Positions 18,017 to 27,158 of a stretch of DNA of 64,000 nt are shown piece by piece. Numbering within the stretch: position 1 is the stretch's first letter; every line of letters begins with the position of its first letter. The stretch is taken from assembly GCA_031260285.1 (NCBI GenBank), contig JAIRKD010000086.1, forward strand, positions 4,779-68,778, given 5' to 3'. Below the pieces are notes generated by a model. That model worked only from the letters and a program-made list of their open reading frames with translations, had not been told where the DNA came from and made no database searches. The position numbers and the translations under genes were made by a program. Source of the stretch: Gemmatimonadota bacterium. GTDB lineage: Bacteria > Gemmatimonadota > Gemmatimonadetes > Longimicrobiales > Longimicrobiaceae.

Positions 18017-19189
18017 CTAATCATACCGAGAGCCGGTTTCCCCGGATTCTCCGATCCGCACCTCATCAACGTTGGACGGAACGATAAGAAGCCCCTCGAC
18101 AAACGGCTCCGACGAATCGAACGATGCATATTCGTCTGCAAACATTTCCCACATCACCAGACAGAGCGCGGCGATGATCGGACCCGCGACAAACCCCACA
18201 ACTCCGAAGGCGATCAGCCCGCCGAGAGTTGCGACAAGCACCAGATAATCCGGCAGCTTGGTTTCGCGTCCGATCAGGACCGGGCGCAGGATGTTATCTG
18301 AAAGACTGACTACGGTGGAACCGCCGATCAGCACCACCATGCCGTCTCCGATCGAGCCGGAGGAAAGCAGATAGATACCGGCCGGCAGCCACACCAGCGC
18401 CGGACCCACCGCGGGGAGGATGGAGAATACGCCCATCATCACCGCCCAGAACACCGCCGCCTTGATCCCGGCGATCGCGAAGAGGATACCGCCGGCGAGG
18501 CCCTGAACCAGGGCAACAACCAGCGATCCCTTGACCGTGGCGCGGGCGACCTGGGCAAAACGGCGGAAAAGCCGCCATTCCCGCTCATCACCCATCGGCA
18601 TCACGCGAACGATGGCCTTCAGGACCCACTCTCCGTCCCGGAAGAGATAGAAGAGTACATAGAGCATGACCAGGAACATCACCCCGACCGTCAGTGCGTT
18701 CTGGCCGAACGAAAAGAGTCGCGCGGCAATCCATTGAGAAGCTCCCGCCGCACCCTGGTCAATCCAGCTTTCGAGATGACTCGGTTCAATCCCGAACCGG
18801 CTGAGGAAGTCTGTCACCCCGGGGGGAGCGCGTTCAATCAACTCAAAGGGACGGCTGATGTTGATCTGCCCCGTCTGCATCCGCTGAAGCACTCCGAGGG
18901 CCTGCTGGGCGACTGCCGCAATCAGAAACCCCGCCGGAATCAGTACCACAAAGATCACGCTGATTGTGGAGAGCGCCGCGGCGAGCTTCTGCCGCTCACC
19001 AACCTTCGCCCGGATCCAGTTATGCAGCGGTTCGAAGAGGATCGCGAAGACAACCGCCCAGAAGATCGCTGAGAGGAAGCTGTGGATCATCCAGAGGAAA
19101 AACGCCGTCGAAAGGAGGACCAGCCCCAGGAAAACCCGGCTTTCGAGGGTGTTGACCCGTATGGACCTTGATGAGTTGTCCGATGGCAT
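18017..19189 (-). CDS. AI-2E family transporter (PerM/UPF0118 permease)
   Basis: 390 aa polytopic membrane protein with typical AI-2E features (LFEPLHNWI, VKGSLVVALVQG, ILPAVGPALVWLP, DNILRP.L). Its ATG shares one base with the thiolase stop (TGATG). Confidence 0.85.
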   Translation of the reverse strand: MPSDNSSRSIRVNTLESRVFLGLVLLSTAFFLWMIHSFLSAIFWAVVFAILFEPLHNWIRAKVGERQKLAAALSTISVIFVVLIPAGFLIAAVAQQALGVLQRMQTGQINISRPFELIERAPPGVTDFLSRFGIEPSHLESWIDQGAAGASQWIAARLFSFGQNALTVGVMFLVMLYVLFYLFRDGEWVLKAIVRVMPMGDEREWRLFRRFAQVARATVKGSLVVALVQGLAGGILFAIAGIKAAVFWAVMMGVFSILPAVGPALVWLPAGIYLLSSGSIGDGMVVLIGGSTVVSLSDNILRPVLIGRETKLPDYLVLVATLGGLIAFGVVGFVAGPIIAALCLVMWEMFADEYASFDSSEPFVEGLLIVPSNVDEVRIGESGETGSRYD

Positions 19190-20358
19190 CAGGCGTAGAC
19201 CTCAAAGATGCCGGCGGCCCCCATTCCTCCGCCGACGCACATGGTAACCAGTCCGTAACCGCCACCACGGCGGCCCAGTTCATGGATCAGCTGAACGCTG
19301 AGCTTGGCCCCGGTGGCCCCCAGCGGATGGCCGAGCGCGATGGCGCCTCCGTTCACATTTGTCTGCTCTTCCGGCATTCCCAGCTCGCGCATGACAGCCA
19401 GCACCTGGGCGGCAAACGCCTCATTAAGTTCGATCAGACGGAGCTCCTGAAGTGACAACCCGGCCTGCCTGAGTGCCTTCGGAACGGCCCGGATCGGACC
19501 CACTCCCATAAGCTCCGGCTCCACGCCGCCGGCGGCAAAAGTGACAAAGCGGGCGAGAGGACGAAGGCCTTCACTCTCCGCGCGCTCCCGACTCATCAGC
19601 ACCAGGGCAGCTGCGCCATCCGAATAAGGAGATGCGTTTCCGGCCGTGACAGTACCATCCGACCTGAAGGCTGGCTTCAGCTTCGAGAGCTTTTCCAGAG
19701 ACGTATCCGCCCGGACCAGCTCATCAACTTCGAAGATCCCCTCTTCCCGGTGTTTTTCTGTTCCTTCCCAGCGCTCCCGGTGAATGGGAACCGGAACGAT
19801 TTCCGGCCTGAACCGACCTGCGCCCGTGGCTTCCGCCGCGCGCATCTGGCTGCGGAACGCCCACGCATCCTGGTCCTCACGCGAGACGCCCCACCGTTCC
19901 GCGACCCGTTCCGCGGTGAACCCCATGCCGATGTACGCGTCACCGAGCTCCGGATGGAGCTCCTTGTGGAAGCCCCCCATCGGGACGCGGCTCATCATTT
20001 CGACCCCGCCCGCAACCACCACATCCGCCATTCCCGTCATGATCGCCTGCGCCCCCATTGCGATGGTCTGCAGGCCCGATGAGCAGAAACGGTTGACTGT
20101 GGCACCGGATACCTCCACCGGAAATCCGGCGCGCAGGACAGCCAGCCGACCGATGTTCATCCCCTGCGCTCCCTCGGGATGAGCACACCCCCAGAGGACG
20201 TCATCCACCCCGGACGGAGCGATCCCTGCCCGCGTCACAGCTTCCCCGATCACGGTCGCGGAGAGGTCCACGGGATGAAGAGTGGCAAGTGATCCGTCAG
20301 CCTTCCCCCTCCCGACCGGACTCCGGACCGCACTGACGATTACGGCCTCACGTATCAT
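19189..20358 (-). CDS. fadA: Acetyl-CoA C-acyltransferase (3-ketoacyl-CoA thiolase)
   Basis: 389 aa. Thiolase motifs NRFCSSGLQ (active-site Cys), [29 protein letters not shown] upstream of the ATG. Confidence 0.92.
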   Translation of the reverse strand: MIREAVIVSAVRSPVGRGKADGSLATLHPVDLSATVIGEAVTRAGIAPSGVDDVLWGCAHPEGAQGMNIGRLAVLRAGFPVEVSGATVNRFCSSGLQTIAMGAQAIMTGMADVVVAGGVEMMSRVPMGGFHKELHPELGDAYIGMGFTAERVAERWGVSREDQDAWAFRSQMRAAEATGAGRFRPEIVPVPIHRERWEGTEKHREEGIFEVDELVRADTSLEKLSKLKPAFRSDGTVTAGNASPYSDGAAALVLMSRERAESEGLRPLARFVTFAAGGVEPELMGVGPIRAVPKALRQAGLSLQELRLIELNEAFAAQVLAVMRELGMPEEQTNVNGGAIALGHPLGATGAKLSVQLIHELGRRGGGYGLVTMCVGGGMGAAGIFEVYA

Positions 20359-20555
20359 ACAGTTTCCTCATCATCTTCCAGCGGATGTTCCCGAACTTCA
20401 GCTGCCTGACGACAGCGAGGCCTTCGCGATCGAAGCGCTCCGGCGCAGATCGTTTCTCATGCCGGATCTTTTCAGCTTTCAGGCTGTGTTCGATCTCAGT
20501 TGGTATTCAACGGCGGATCCGGGACCGGTGCTTCATCCAGTCTGCGGCTCAACCG

Positions 20556-22859
20556 TCAATTCCGCAGTGTCTTTCCGGTCTCAAGTGTGTAGCGGATCCG
20601 TTCCCGGGTCTTCTCCGTGCCGAGCAGTTCGAGGAAGGCCTCCCGCTCCAGATCAAGAACGTCCTGTTCCGTAACCTCCCGTGGGTCACCGTCACCACCG
20701 CAGAGGATGTACGCGAGGCGCTCTCCGATATACGCCTCATGATCGGTGATCCGCCCCCCTTCGCGCATCGCGGAAATCCCGTAGCGAAGGTTCCCGAGCG
20801 CCCTTCCGCCGAGGAGCTGAATGGTGCCCCGGACGGGGGGAATCCAGTCAGGAGCCAGATCAAGAACGCGGGCTCTGGCGTCTGCCAGAAGGAAGTCCCG
20901 GTTCATGGTGATCCGGTCGCGCGACCGGAGGAGACCGAGCTCTCCTGCTTCCAGGGCGCTGCCGCTGACCCGGGCCACGGCAATCAGGTCGAAGGCACGG
21001 CGGACCGCCTCAAACGGGTCTGCCTCCGGGTATCCCGCCAACTCCTCCATAAAACGGAAGAGAAGCTCCTTGGTTCCGCCCCCCGCGGGGATGAGGCCGA
21101 CGCCGGCTTCCACCAGGCCCATGTAGAGCTCACCGTGCGCCTGAACAGCCCCCGCGTGAAGAGTCAGCTCCGCCCCGCCACCCAGCGTCAGCCCGAAAGG
21201 CGCGACAACAACGGGGCAGGAGGCGTAGCGGATCGCCATGGTTGCGCGCTGGAAGTCGCGGACAAGCTGATCCAGCTCATCCCAGCGGCCAGAGTTTGCG
21301 GCGGAAAGGGTCGTCTTGAGGTTGGCTCCCGCGCTGAACGCCCGTGGATCGCCGTGACCGATCACCAGCCCAGGACGATTCTCCTTCCGGATCCGCTCCA
21401 GCCCGGAGTGAAGAAGGTCAATCACATCCCCGTCAAGCGTGCCCATCTTTGATCGGAACTCCAGCAGGATAACGCCTTCACCCAGATCAAGAAGAGCAGC
21501 GCCGTCATTCTCCTCGATCACCCCGCCGGAGCGGCGGATACGAGGAAGATCAACAGCCCCCGGGCGCTCCGGAAGCCGGGTAGCAGAACCGTCAAAAGCC
21601 AGAACAACGGTCTGTTCGTCGCGATAGAAACCCGCCCCCGCGTTCTGAAGCAGCGGAGGCTCTGCGGAACCCTCCTGGCGAAGAAGTTCTCTCACCCGCT
21701 CAAGCCCGACCGCATCCATCTGACGGAAGGGACCGAGCTCCCAGGCGAAGCCCCACTCCAGCGCCCGATCAACCGCCGGAAGGTCATACGCGATTTCGGG
21801 AGCCCGTTCAAGAGCGTAACTCCAGCCACCGGCGAGGAGCGCGCGCGAAAACGCGCCATATTTCCCCGGCAGATCCAGCACACCCCGCAGCCGGTCAGCG
21901 AGTGGCATCCCTTCCAGTCCGGAAGTGCCGGGAATCTGTGGCTTCTCCCGCGGCCGGTACTCACCGGTCTGCCAGGCGAGGGTGAGGATCGAGTCGCCGC
22001 TCCGCTTGTAGAATCCCTCACCCGACTTCTCACCCAGAGCCCCGCGCGCAACCAGTTCATCCACCCAGGCGGGGACTCCGAAGTCATCACCTGTTGCTGT
22101 CGCCAGCCCGTCGCGTACCACCTTCAGGACATCCAGCCCCGAAAGGTCCGCCGTACGGAAGGTCGCGGAGTTCGGCCGTCCAACAAGCGGGCCGGTGAGG
22201 ATATCCGCTTCTTCAATCGTCAGCTGATGGCTGTCCATCAGACGGGTCGCCAGGCTGAGCATATAGACACCAAGCCGGTTGGCGATGAAGCCCGGTGTAT
22301 CCCGCGCGACCACCACCCCCTTCCCCAGAATCCGCTCTCCGAATCCGGCCATTTCCCGGAGGAGTTCCGGATCGGTCTCCGCTGTCGGGATCAGTTCCAG
22401 CAGGTGAAGATGACGGGGAGGATTAAAGAAGTGGGTTCCGAAAAAGCGCTTCCGGAAGGATGGGGTCCGACCCTGGGCAAGTGAGGAAACAGGGATCCCC
22501 GAGGTGTTTGTGGTGACAATCGCGTGATCGGGGAGAAGCGCCTCCAGCCTCGCGTATAGTGCCTTTTTCGGCTCGGGCTTCTCAACAATCACCTCAATCA
22601 CCCAGTCGCAATCAGCGAGGCGCTCGAAGTCATCCTCAAGGTTGCCGACGGTCACCAGGCCTGCCCGGCCGCGAGACAGAAACGCGGGAGGCTTTGATTC
22701 AACCGCCCGCTTCAGACCCTGTTCTGCGGGTCCGCTCCGATCTCCCTCAGCCGCCGCGATATCAAGCAGGACCACGGGGATACCCACCGACGCAGAGAGC
22801 GCGGCGATCGCCCCGCCCATTGTGCCGGACCCCACCACACCGATCTTTCGAATACGCAT
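20556..22859 (-). CDS. Bifunctional 3-hydroxyacyl-CoA dehydrogenase / enoyl-CoA hydratase family protein
   Basis: Start set at ATG 22859 (MRIRKIGVVGSGTMGGAIAA, NAD Rossmann motif); the track ORF extends 40 codons further upstream. C-terminal half is crotonase-like (GGGAELTLH). No SD is visible before this ATG. Confidence 0.88.
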   Translation of the reverse strand: MRIRKIGVVGSGTMGGAIAALSASVGIPVVLLDIAAAEGDRSGPAEQGLKRAVESKPPAFLSRGRAGLVTVGNLEDDFERLADCDWVIEVIVEKPEPKKALYARLEALLPDHAIVTTNTSGIPVSSLAQGRTPSFRKRFFGTHFFNPPRHLHLLELIPTAETDPELLREMAGFGERILGKGVVVARDTPGFIANRLGVYMLSLATRLMDSHQLTIEEADILTGPLVGRPNSATFRTADLSGLDVLKVVRDGLATATGDDFGVPAWVDELVARGALGEKSGEGFYKRSGDSILTLAWQTGEYRPREKPQIPGTSGLEGMPLADRLRGVLDLPGKYGAFSRALLAGGWSYALERAPEIAYDLPAVDRALEWGFAWELGPFRQMDAVGLERVRELLRQEGSAEPPLLQNAGAGFYRDEQTVVLAFDGSATRLPERPGAVDLPRIRRSGGVIEENDGAALLDLGEGVILLEFRSKMGTLDGDVIDLLHSGLERIRKENRPGLVIGHGDPRAFSAGANLKTTLSAANSGRWDELDQLVRDFQRATMAIRYASCPVVVAPFGLTLGGGAELTLHAGAVQAHGELYMGLVEAGVGLIPAGGGTKELLFRFMEELAGYPEADPFEAVRRAFDLIAVARVSGSALEAGELGLLRSRDRITMNRDFLLADARARVLDLAPDWIPPVRGTIQLLGGRALGNLRYGISAMREGGRITDHEAYIGERLAYILCGGDGDPREVTEQDVLDLEREAFLELLGTEKTRERIRYTLETGKTLRN

Positions 22860-23105
22860 CTGTACAATAGAGGCGGTGACGATTGGATGAGGAGGCAGCT
22901 TTTCCGGCACCCCCGCTGCCCGCAGAAACCGCGATGGGACTCCCGATGAACAATCCGGCAATACCAACCTAACCATCACAGGCGCTGATTGCGACAGGGG
23001 GTCGACCTCATGGAATGGAGCCGCCGGAGCGACCTGGACACGTGACGGCTACGGCAACAGCCGCACCAGATACAGATTGCACCTGGCGTTGGCATGATCG
23101 CCGAT

Positions 23106-23160
23106 ATGGTCCTCCCCACCTTTTTTCCTGTTGTCCGGAACCAGAAAAGAAGAGGACCAT
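23106..23160. other. Long imperfect stem-loop in an otherwise unassigned intergenic region
   Basis: ATGGTCCTC (23106-23114) pairs with GAGGACCAT (23152-23160). Inner T-run/A-run pairing (CTTTTTTCCTG / CAGAAAAGAAG) surrounds a TCCGGA-containing loop. No flanking T-tract on either strand. Confidence 0.5.
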
Positions 23161-23457
23161 GTGAGGGATCAAACCCGGACCCCCCAGGAACCATCCCTTC
23201 CGATAGAGGATCCTCCATCAGCTCAGGAATCCGGCGGTCCGCCAGGGAGTCACCTCCTCCGAGGGGGGGATCCTCCACATCACCGGGAGAGAATGTATAT
23301 TTGAGGATTCGGTGATGGAGAGAGTGATGCTGCGGATTTCTGATCCGGTGTTCCGGATCGAAGACACATCACCACCCACAAGACCAGCAACCTGATGCGT
23401 GGCGCCGGAGAACCCGGTGGCATGTTTCGGGAATTTGTTACCAGAAGAGAGTTCAGA

Positions 23458-24660
23458 ATGTCGATTCGATGGAAGCTTCCGGCCGCCGGAATCACCCTCT
23501 GCCTTGCCGGGCTGGGCGCCTGCTCGGACGGTCCCGAGACCACTCCAGCTCCGGTACCGGAAACCACCGCGGCCAGAGCTCCGGGTGTAGTACACACACT
23601 CCTTGAGGACTACAGAGTGGTGACGGTAGCGGAAGGTCTGGATGTGCCCTGGTCACTCGCCTGGCTTCCTTCGGGTGAGATGCTCATCACCGAGCGGAGC
23701 GGCAACCTGCGGATTCTCCGTGACGGGGTATTGCAGTCCGAACCCATCACCGGCATTCCCGCAGTCAAGGCAGTCGATCAGGGAGGCCTGCTCGATGTCG
23801 CGGCACACCCCAACTTCGGGTACAACCGGCTTGTCTACTTCACCTATTCCAAGCCCGCGACAGATGGAAGCGGCAGCTCCACCACCGCGCTCGGCAGAGG
23901 ACGGCTGGAGGGAAACCGGTTGCTGGAGGTGGAGGAGATCTTTGTCGCAAAAGCCTGGTCAGACACCAACGGACACTACGGCTCCCGGATCGCCTTTGAT
24001 GACGCGGGGCATCTCTTCATGACGGTTGGCGACCGGCAGGCGCCTCCATCGGGTGACCTGAAGAACCATCCGGCCCAGCGGCTCGATACACATCAGGGCA
24101 AGGTCCTCCGTCTGAACGAGGACGGATCCGCCCCCGCGGACAACCCGTTTTCCGGCGTAAGCGGCGCACTTCCCGAGATCTGGAGTTATGGTCACCGCAG
24201 CCTCCAGGGGCTCGCGATCCATCCCGTGACAGGACAGCTCTGGCAGACTGAACACGGCCCGCAGGGTGGCGACGAGCTGAACCTGATCGTGCCGGGCTCC
24301 AATTACGGCTGGCCGGTGATCGGTTACGGCGTCAACTACGGTCCGGGAGCGCCGATCCATCAGGCCCAGCGGCAGGAGGGGATGGAGCAGCCGAAGTACT
24401 TCTGGGTTCCGGTGATCGCGGCGTCCGGCCTGATGATCTACAACGGCAACGCCTTCCCTGAGTGGAAAGGGAACCTCTTCGCCGGCGGCCTCGCAGGGCA
24501 GAAGGTTGTACGGCTTGAGGTGAGCGGCGACTCGGTGCTGAGCACGGAAGTCATCTTCAGCGGTCACCGCGTGCGTGATGTGCGGGAAGGACCGGACGGA
24601 TTCATCTATCTGGCGGCTGAAGACAGCGGGGAGATCCTGAGGCTGGAGCCGGCCCGGTAG
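23458..24660 (+). CDS. PQQ-dependent sugar dehydrogenase (soluble glucose/sorbosone dehydrogenase family) lipoprotein
   Basis: MSIRWKLPAAGITLCLAGLGAC lipobox. Family motifs GLDVPWSLAWLP, GGLLDVAAHPNF, GSRIAFD..G.LF...GDR, QGKVLRLNEDGS.P.DNPF, WSYGHRS.QGLA, GWP. An alternative ATG lies at 23422. Confidence 0.88.
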   Translation: MSIRWKLPAAGITLCLAGLGACSDGPETTPAPVPETTAARAPGVVHTLLEDYRVVTVAEGLDVPWSLAWLPSGEMLITERSGNLRILRDGVLQSEPITGIPAVKAVDQGGLLDVAAHPNFGYNRLVYFTYSKPATDGSGSSTTALGRGRLEGNRLLEVEEIFVAKAWSDTNGHYGSRIAFDDAGHLFMTVGDRQAPPSGDLKNHPAQRLDTHQGKVLRLNEDGSAPADNPFSGVSGALPEIWSYGHRSLQGLAIHPVTGQLWQTEHGPQGGDELNLIVPGSNYGWPVIGYGVNYGPGAPIHQAQRQEGMEQPKYFWVPVIAASGLMIYNGNAFPEWKGNLFAGGLAGQKVVRLEVSGDSVLSTEVIFSGHRVRDVREGPDGFIYLAAEDSGEILRLEPAR

Positions 24661-24705
24661 AAAGGATCCGGGGACAGAAGATCCGGAGGAACAGCTCCAG
24701 AAAAC

Positions 24706-24740
24706 GGAAGGCCGCCATCCCATGAGGATAGCGGCCTTCC
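24706..24740. terminator. Bidirectional terminator hairpin between convergent genes
   Basis: 10-bp stem GGAAGGCCGC/GCGGCCTTCC with a 15-nt loop. Followed by GTTTTCTGG on the minus strand (after ribF) and by GTATATTCGG on the plus strand. Confidence 0.7.
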
Positions 24741-24782
24741 GTATATTCGGACAACGCTCAGCACACGGGGGAAGCCCAGACT

Positions 24783-25718
24783 CTATCGGAGGATCGCCCG
24801 ACCCTGCTCCGCGTCACGATGCATCTGGGCGACCAGCTCCTTCACCGAGGCAAACGGTTCAACCGCGCGCAGCCGCTCCTGGAACTCCACCCGCACCATC
24901 TTCCCGTAGAGATCACCCGACCAGTCAAGCAGATGCAGCTCGATTGACGGCGGGAAGCCGCTGAATGTCGGACGGGGTCCGAGATGAAGGAGTCCGGGAA
25001 TCCGTTCACCATCCACCCATCCGTAGACCGCATAGATCCCTTCCAGCGGAAGCAGCTTCTCCGGGTCACCGATATTGATATTCGCCGTCGGGAAGCCAAG
25101 TGTCCGGCCTCGCTGCATTCCCTCAACAACCAGCCCCTGGAGAGAGTAATTCCGCCCCAGCGCCCGTGCGGCTCCGGCCACATCCCCGGCAGCAAGCAGG
25201 TCCCTGATCCGCGATGACGAGATGGCTCCTCCATCAACGCTTACGGCCTCAACAACATCCACCGCAAAGCCGAATTCAGCGCCCAGCTCACGCATCGTAT
25301 CAACGGTGCCTTCACGGCCGCGGCCAAAACCATGGTCGTAACCAATCACCAGCTCGCGCATCCCGATCCGGTCCAGAAGGATCTCCTTCACAAAACGCCG
25401 GGCAGAGTAGTCACGAAGAACGGGGGTGAACTCCACAAATACGGCGTACTCCACCCCTGAAAGCGCCAGAACTTCCTTTTTCTCAGAGGGAACCGAGAGA
25501 AGGAGCGGTGCCGAATCAGGGCGCACAATCCGGAGCGGGTGCGGATGGAAAGTGACAAGGACACTTCTGCGGCCCGACCGGAGACCCCGACGGGCAATTT
25601 CGTCGAGCACCTGTTGATGGCCGAGATGGATTCCATCAAATGTACCAACCGTCACAACCGCGCCCCGCTCATCCAGAGGCAGCGCGGAACGAGACGGGAA
25701 ATCCACCGATCCTGTCAC
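24783..25718 (-). CDS. ribF: Bifunctional riboflavin kinase / FMN adenylyltransferase
   Basis: 311 aa. Motifs GTFDGIHLGHQ and the riboflavin kinase C-terminal half (GFPTANI, LLDWSGDLYG). GTGA overlap with truB. Confidence 0.93.
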   Translation of the reverse strand: MTGSVDFPSRSALPLDERGAVVTVGTFDGIHLGHQQVLDEIARRGLRSGRRSVLVTFHPHPLRIVRPDSAPLLLSVPSEKKEVLALSGVEYAVFVEFTPVLRDYSARRFVKEILLDRIGMRELVIGYDHGFGRGREGTVDTMRELGAEFGFAVDVVEAVSVDGGAISSSRIRDLLAAGDVAGAARALGRNYSLQGLVVEGMQRGRTLGFPTANINIGDPEKLLPLEGIYAVYGWVDGERIPGLLHLGPRPTFSGFPPSIELHLLDWSGDLYGKMVRVEFQERLRAVEPFASVKELVAQMHRDAEQGRAILR

Positions 25719-26590
25719 AGGAATACCTTCCGGGGCCGGATCCGCTCGCCATCCCCTTCCCCGATCGCCAGCAGCTGACGCTCCGGTGAAAGCAGGACAA
25801 GCACGCCAGCGGGTATCTCTCCCTCGCGTATGAACGAACCGCCGTGGGTGATGGAGCTCATCTCCTGATCGTCGAGCACAAACGCCGGCAGATGATCCAC
25901 CGCATCCGCGGGTGAAATCATGGCCGCCTTCACAGCGGCCGCATCGCCAAGCGCATCCAGAGGAAGAGCTCCTTCCACGGAGCGTTCTCCCACCCGTGTC
26001 CGACGAAGCGCTGTAAGATGCGCGCCAACCCCCAGCAGCTCACCCAGATCCCGGGCGATCGAACGGATGTAGGTGCCGCTGGAGCAGTCAACCTCGAACT
26101 CCACTTCGGGCGCATCAAACCGAAGGATCTCGAATCGGGAGATGCAGACCGGGACCGGCTCCAGCACAAGGTCACGCCCGGCCCGGGCAGCCGCGTACGC
26201 GCGCTCACCCCCAACTTTCTTGGCTGAATACCGGGGAGGTCGTTGAAGCAGAGGCCCCGTCATTCCCTCCATCGCCGCGGCAACCGCTTCCCGCGTTACC
26301 GATCCCCAGCTGTCGCTGACCTGCACAACGGTGCCTTCGGTATCGTCGGTATCGGTGGTGACACCCAGCCGCATGGTGGCGCGGTAGCTCTTGGGAAGGC
26401 CGGTCAGATATTCGGAAAGGCGGGTTGCGGGCCCCAGACAGAGAAGGAGGAGGCCGGAAGCAAACGGATCCAGCGTGCCCGTATGGCCGATCCGTCGCTC
26501 ACCCAGGGCACGGCGGGCAACCGCCACGACATCATGTGACGAAAGGCCAACGGGTTTATCCACCGGCAGCACACCATTCGGCGGATTCAT
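25715..26590 (-). CDS. truB: tRNA pseudouridine(55) synthase
   Basis: 291 aa. Motif GHTGTLDPFASGLL with the catalytic Asp. ATGA overlap with rbfA. Confidence 0.93.
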   Translation of the reverse strand: MNPPNGVLPVDKPVGLSSHDVVAVARRALGERRIGHTGTLDPFASGLLLLCLGPATRLSEYLTGLPKSYRATMRLGVTTDTDDTEGTVVQVSDSWGSVTREAVAAAMEGMTGPLLQRPPRYSAKKVGGERAYAAARAGRDLVLEPVPVCISRFEILRFDAPEVEFEVDCSSGTYIRSIARDLGELLGVGAHLTALRRTRVGERSVEGALPLDALGDAAAVKAAMISPADAVDHLPAFVLDDQEMSSITHGGSFIREGEIPAGVLVLLSPERQLLAIGEGDGERIRPRKVFL

Positions 26591-27021
26591 TCCCCGTCGC
26601 GAACCTCTTCGACGGAAGAATCAGCCCCCTCGGGAGCATCCTCAGCGCTGACCCCGTCCGAATCAACCGGCAGGTCGGCGGGAAGTACCTCACGAAGCAG
26701 ACTGGCGATATGCATAGCATTCTCCAGCCGCCGGTCGATCTCGAAATGCAGCTCCGGGATCCGCCGGATGTGCAGTCGCCGGCCGAGCTGGGCACGAATA
26801 AAGGCCGCCGCGCTCCGCAGTCCGGCAAGCGCCTCGGTCTTTCCGTCCTCATCCCCCAGTGCCGTAATCCAGACCTTTGCGTGGTCCAGCTCCGGTGATG
26901 TCTCCACCCCCGTGATGGTCGCCACGCTGACCCGTGGATCGTTCACATCACTCCGGATCAGCAGCGAGATCTCCTCACGGAGCTGCTCATTGATCCGCGC
27001 TGTCCTTCGATATCGCGCCAT
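26587..27021 (-). CDS. rbfA: Ribosome-binding factor A
   Basis: 144 aa starting MARYRRTARINEQLREEISLLI..DVNDPRV. KH-like RbfA signature. Follows infB. Confidence 0.9.
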   Translation of the reverse strand: MARYRRTARINEQLREEISLLIRSDVNDPRVSVATITGVETSPELDHAKVWITALGDEDGKTEALAGLRSAAAFIRAQLGRRLHIRRIPELHFEIDRRLENAMHIASLLREVLPADLPVDSDGVSAEDAPEGADSSVEEVRDGE

Positions 27022-27096
27022 ACCGCCCCCGGTCCCTCATCCCGCTGATTGTCATCATACAGGAGCTCCGTCTCCGAACGCCCCATCTGCCTGCCA

Positions 27097-27130
27097 GTGT
27101 GGCCCGGAAGCCAAGACTCCCGGGCCACAC
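27097..27130 (-). other. Stable hairpin in the infB-rbfA spacer (possible processing or stability element)
   Basis: 11-bp stem GTGTGGCCCGG/CCGGGCCACAC with a 12-nt loop. No U-tract on the transcribed (minus) strand. Confidence 0.5.
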
Positions 27131-27158
27131 CAGATCCTGCTTTTTCCCGCCTGTATGT

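Noticed and set aside
23160-23185. tRNA T-arm look-alike (GGGTTTGATCCC on the minus strand)
   Set aside because: The flanking bases do not form a 5-bp T-stem. No acceptor or anticodon arms could be drawn and there is no CCA context.
22976-23315. ORFs 22976-23278 (minus) and 23094-23315 (plus) in the large intergenic region
   Set aside because: Third-codon positions are A/T-rich, unlike genuine genes here. The apparent internal peptide duplication (MEDPPL...MEDPL) simply reflects the GGATCCTCCA DNA repeat. No SD is present.
23410-23440. Sigma-54 promoter search prompted by the NtrC-type activator. Hits examined include TGGCAT-GTTTC-GGGAA here and TGGCAC strings at ~2088, 33598, 38413 and 53553.
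   Set aside because: None has the GG-N10-GC spacing with a TTGC(A/T) -12 element, and most lie inside coding regions.
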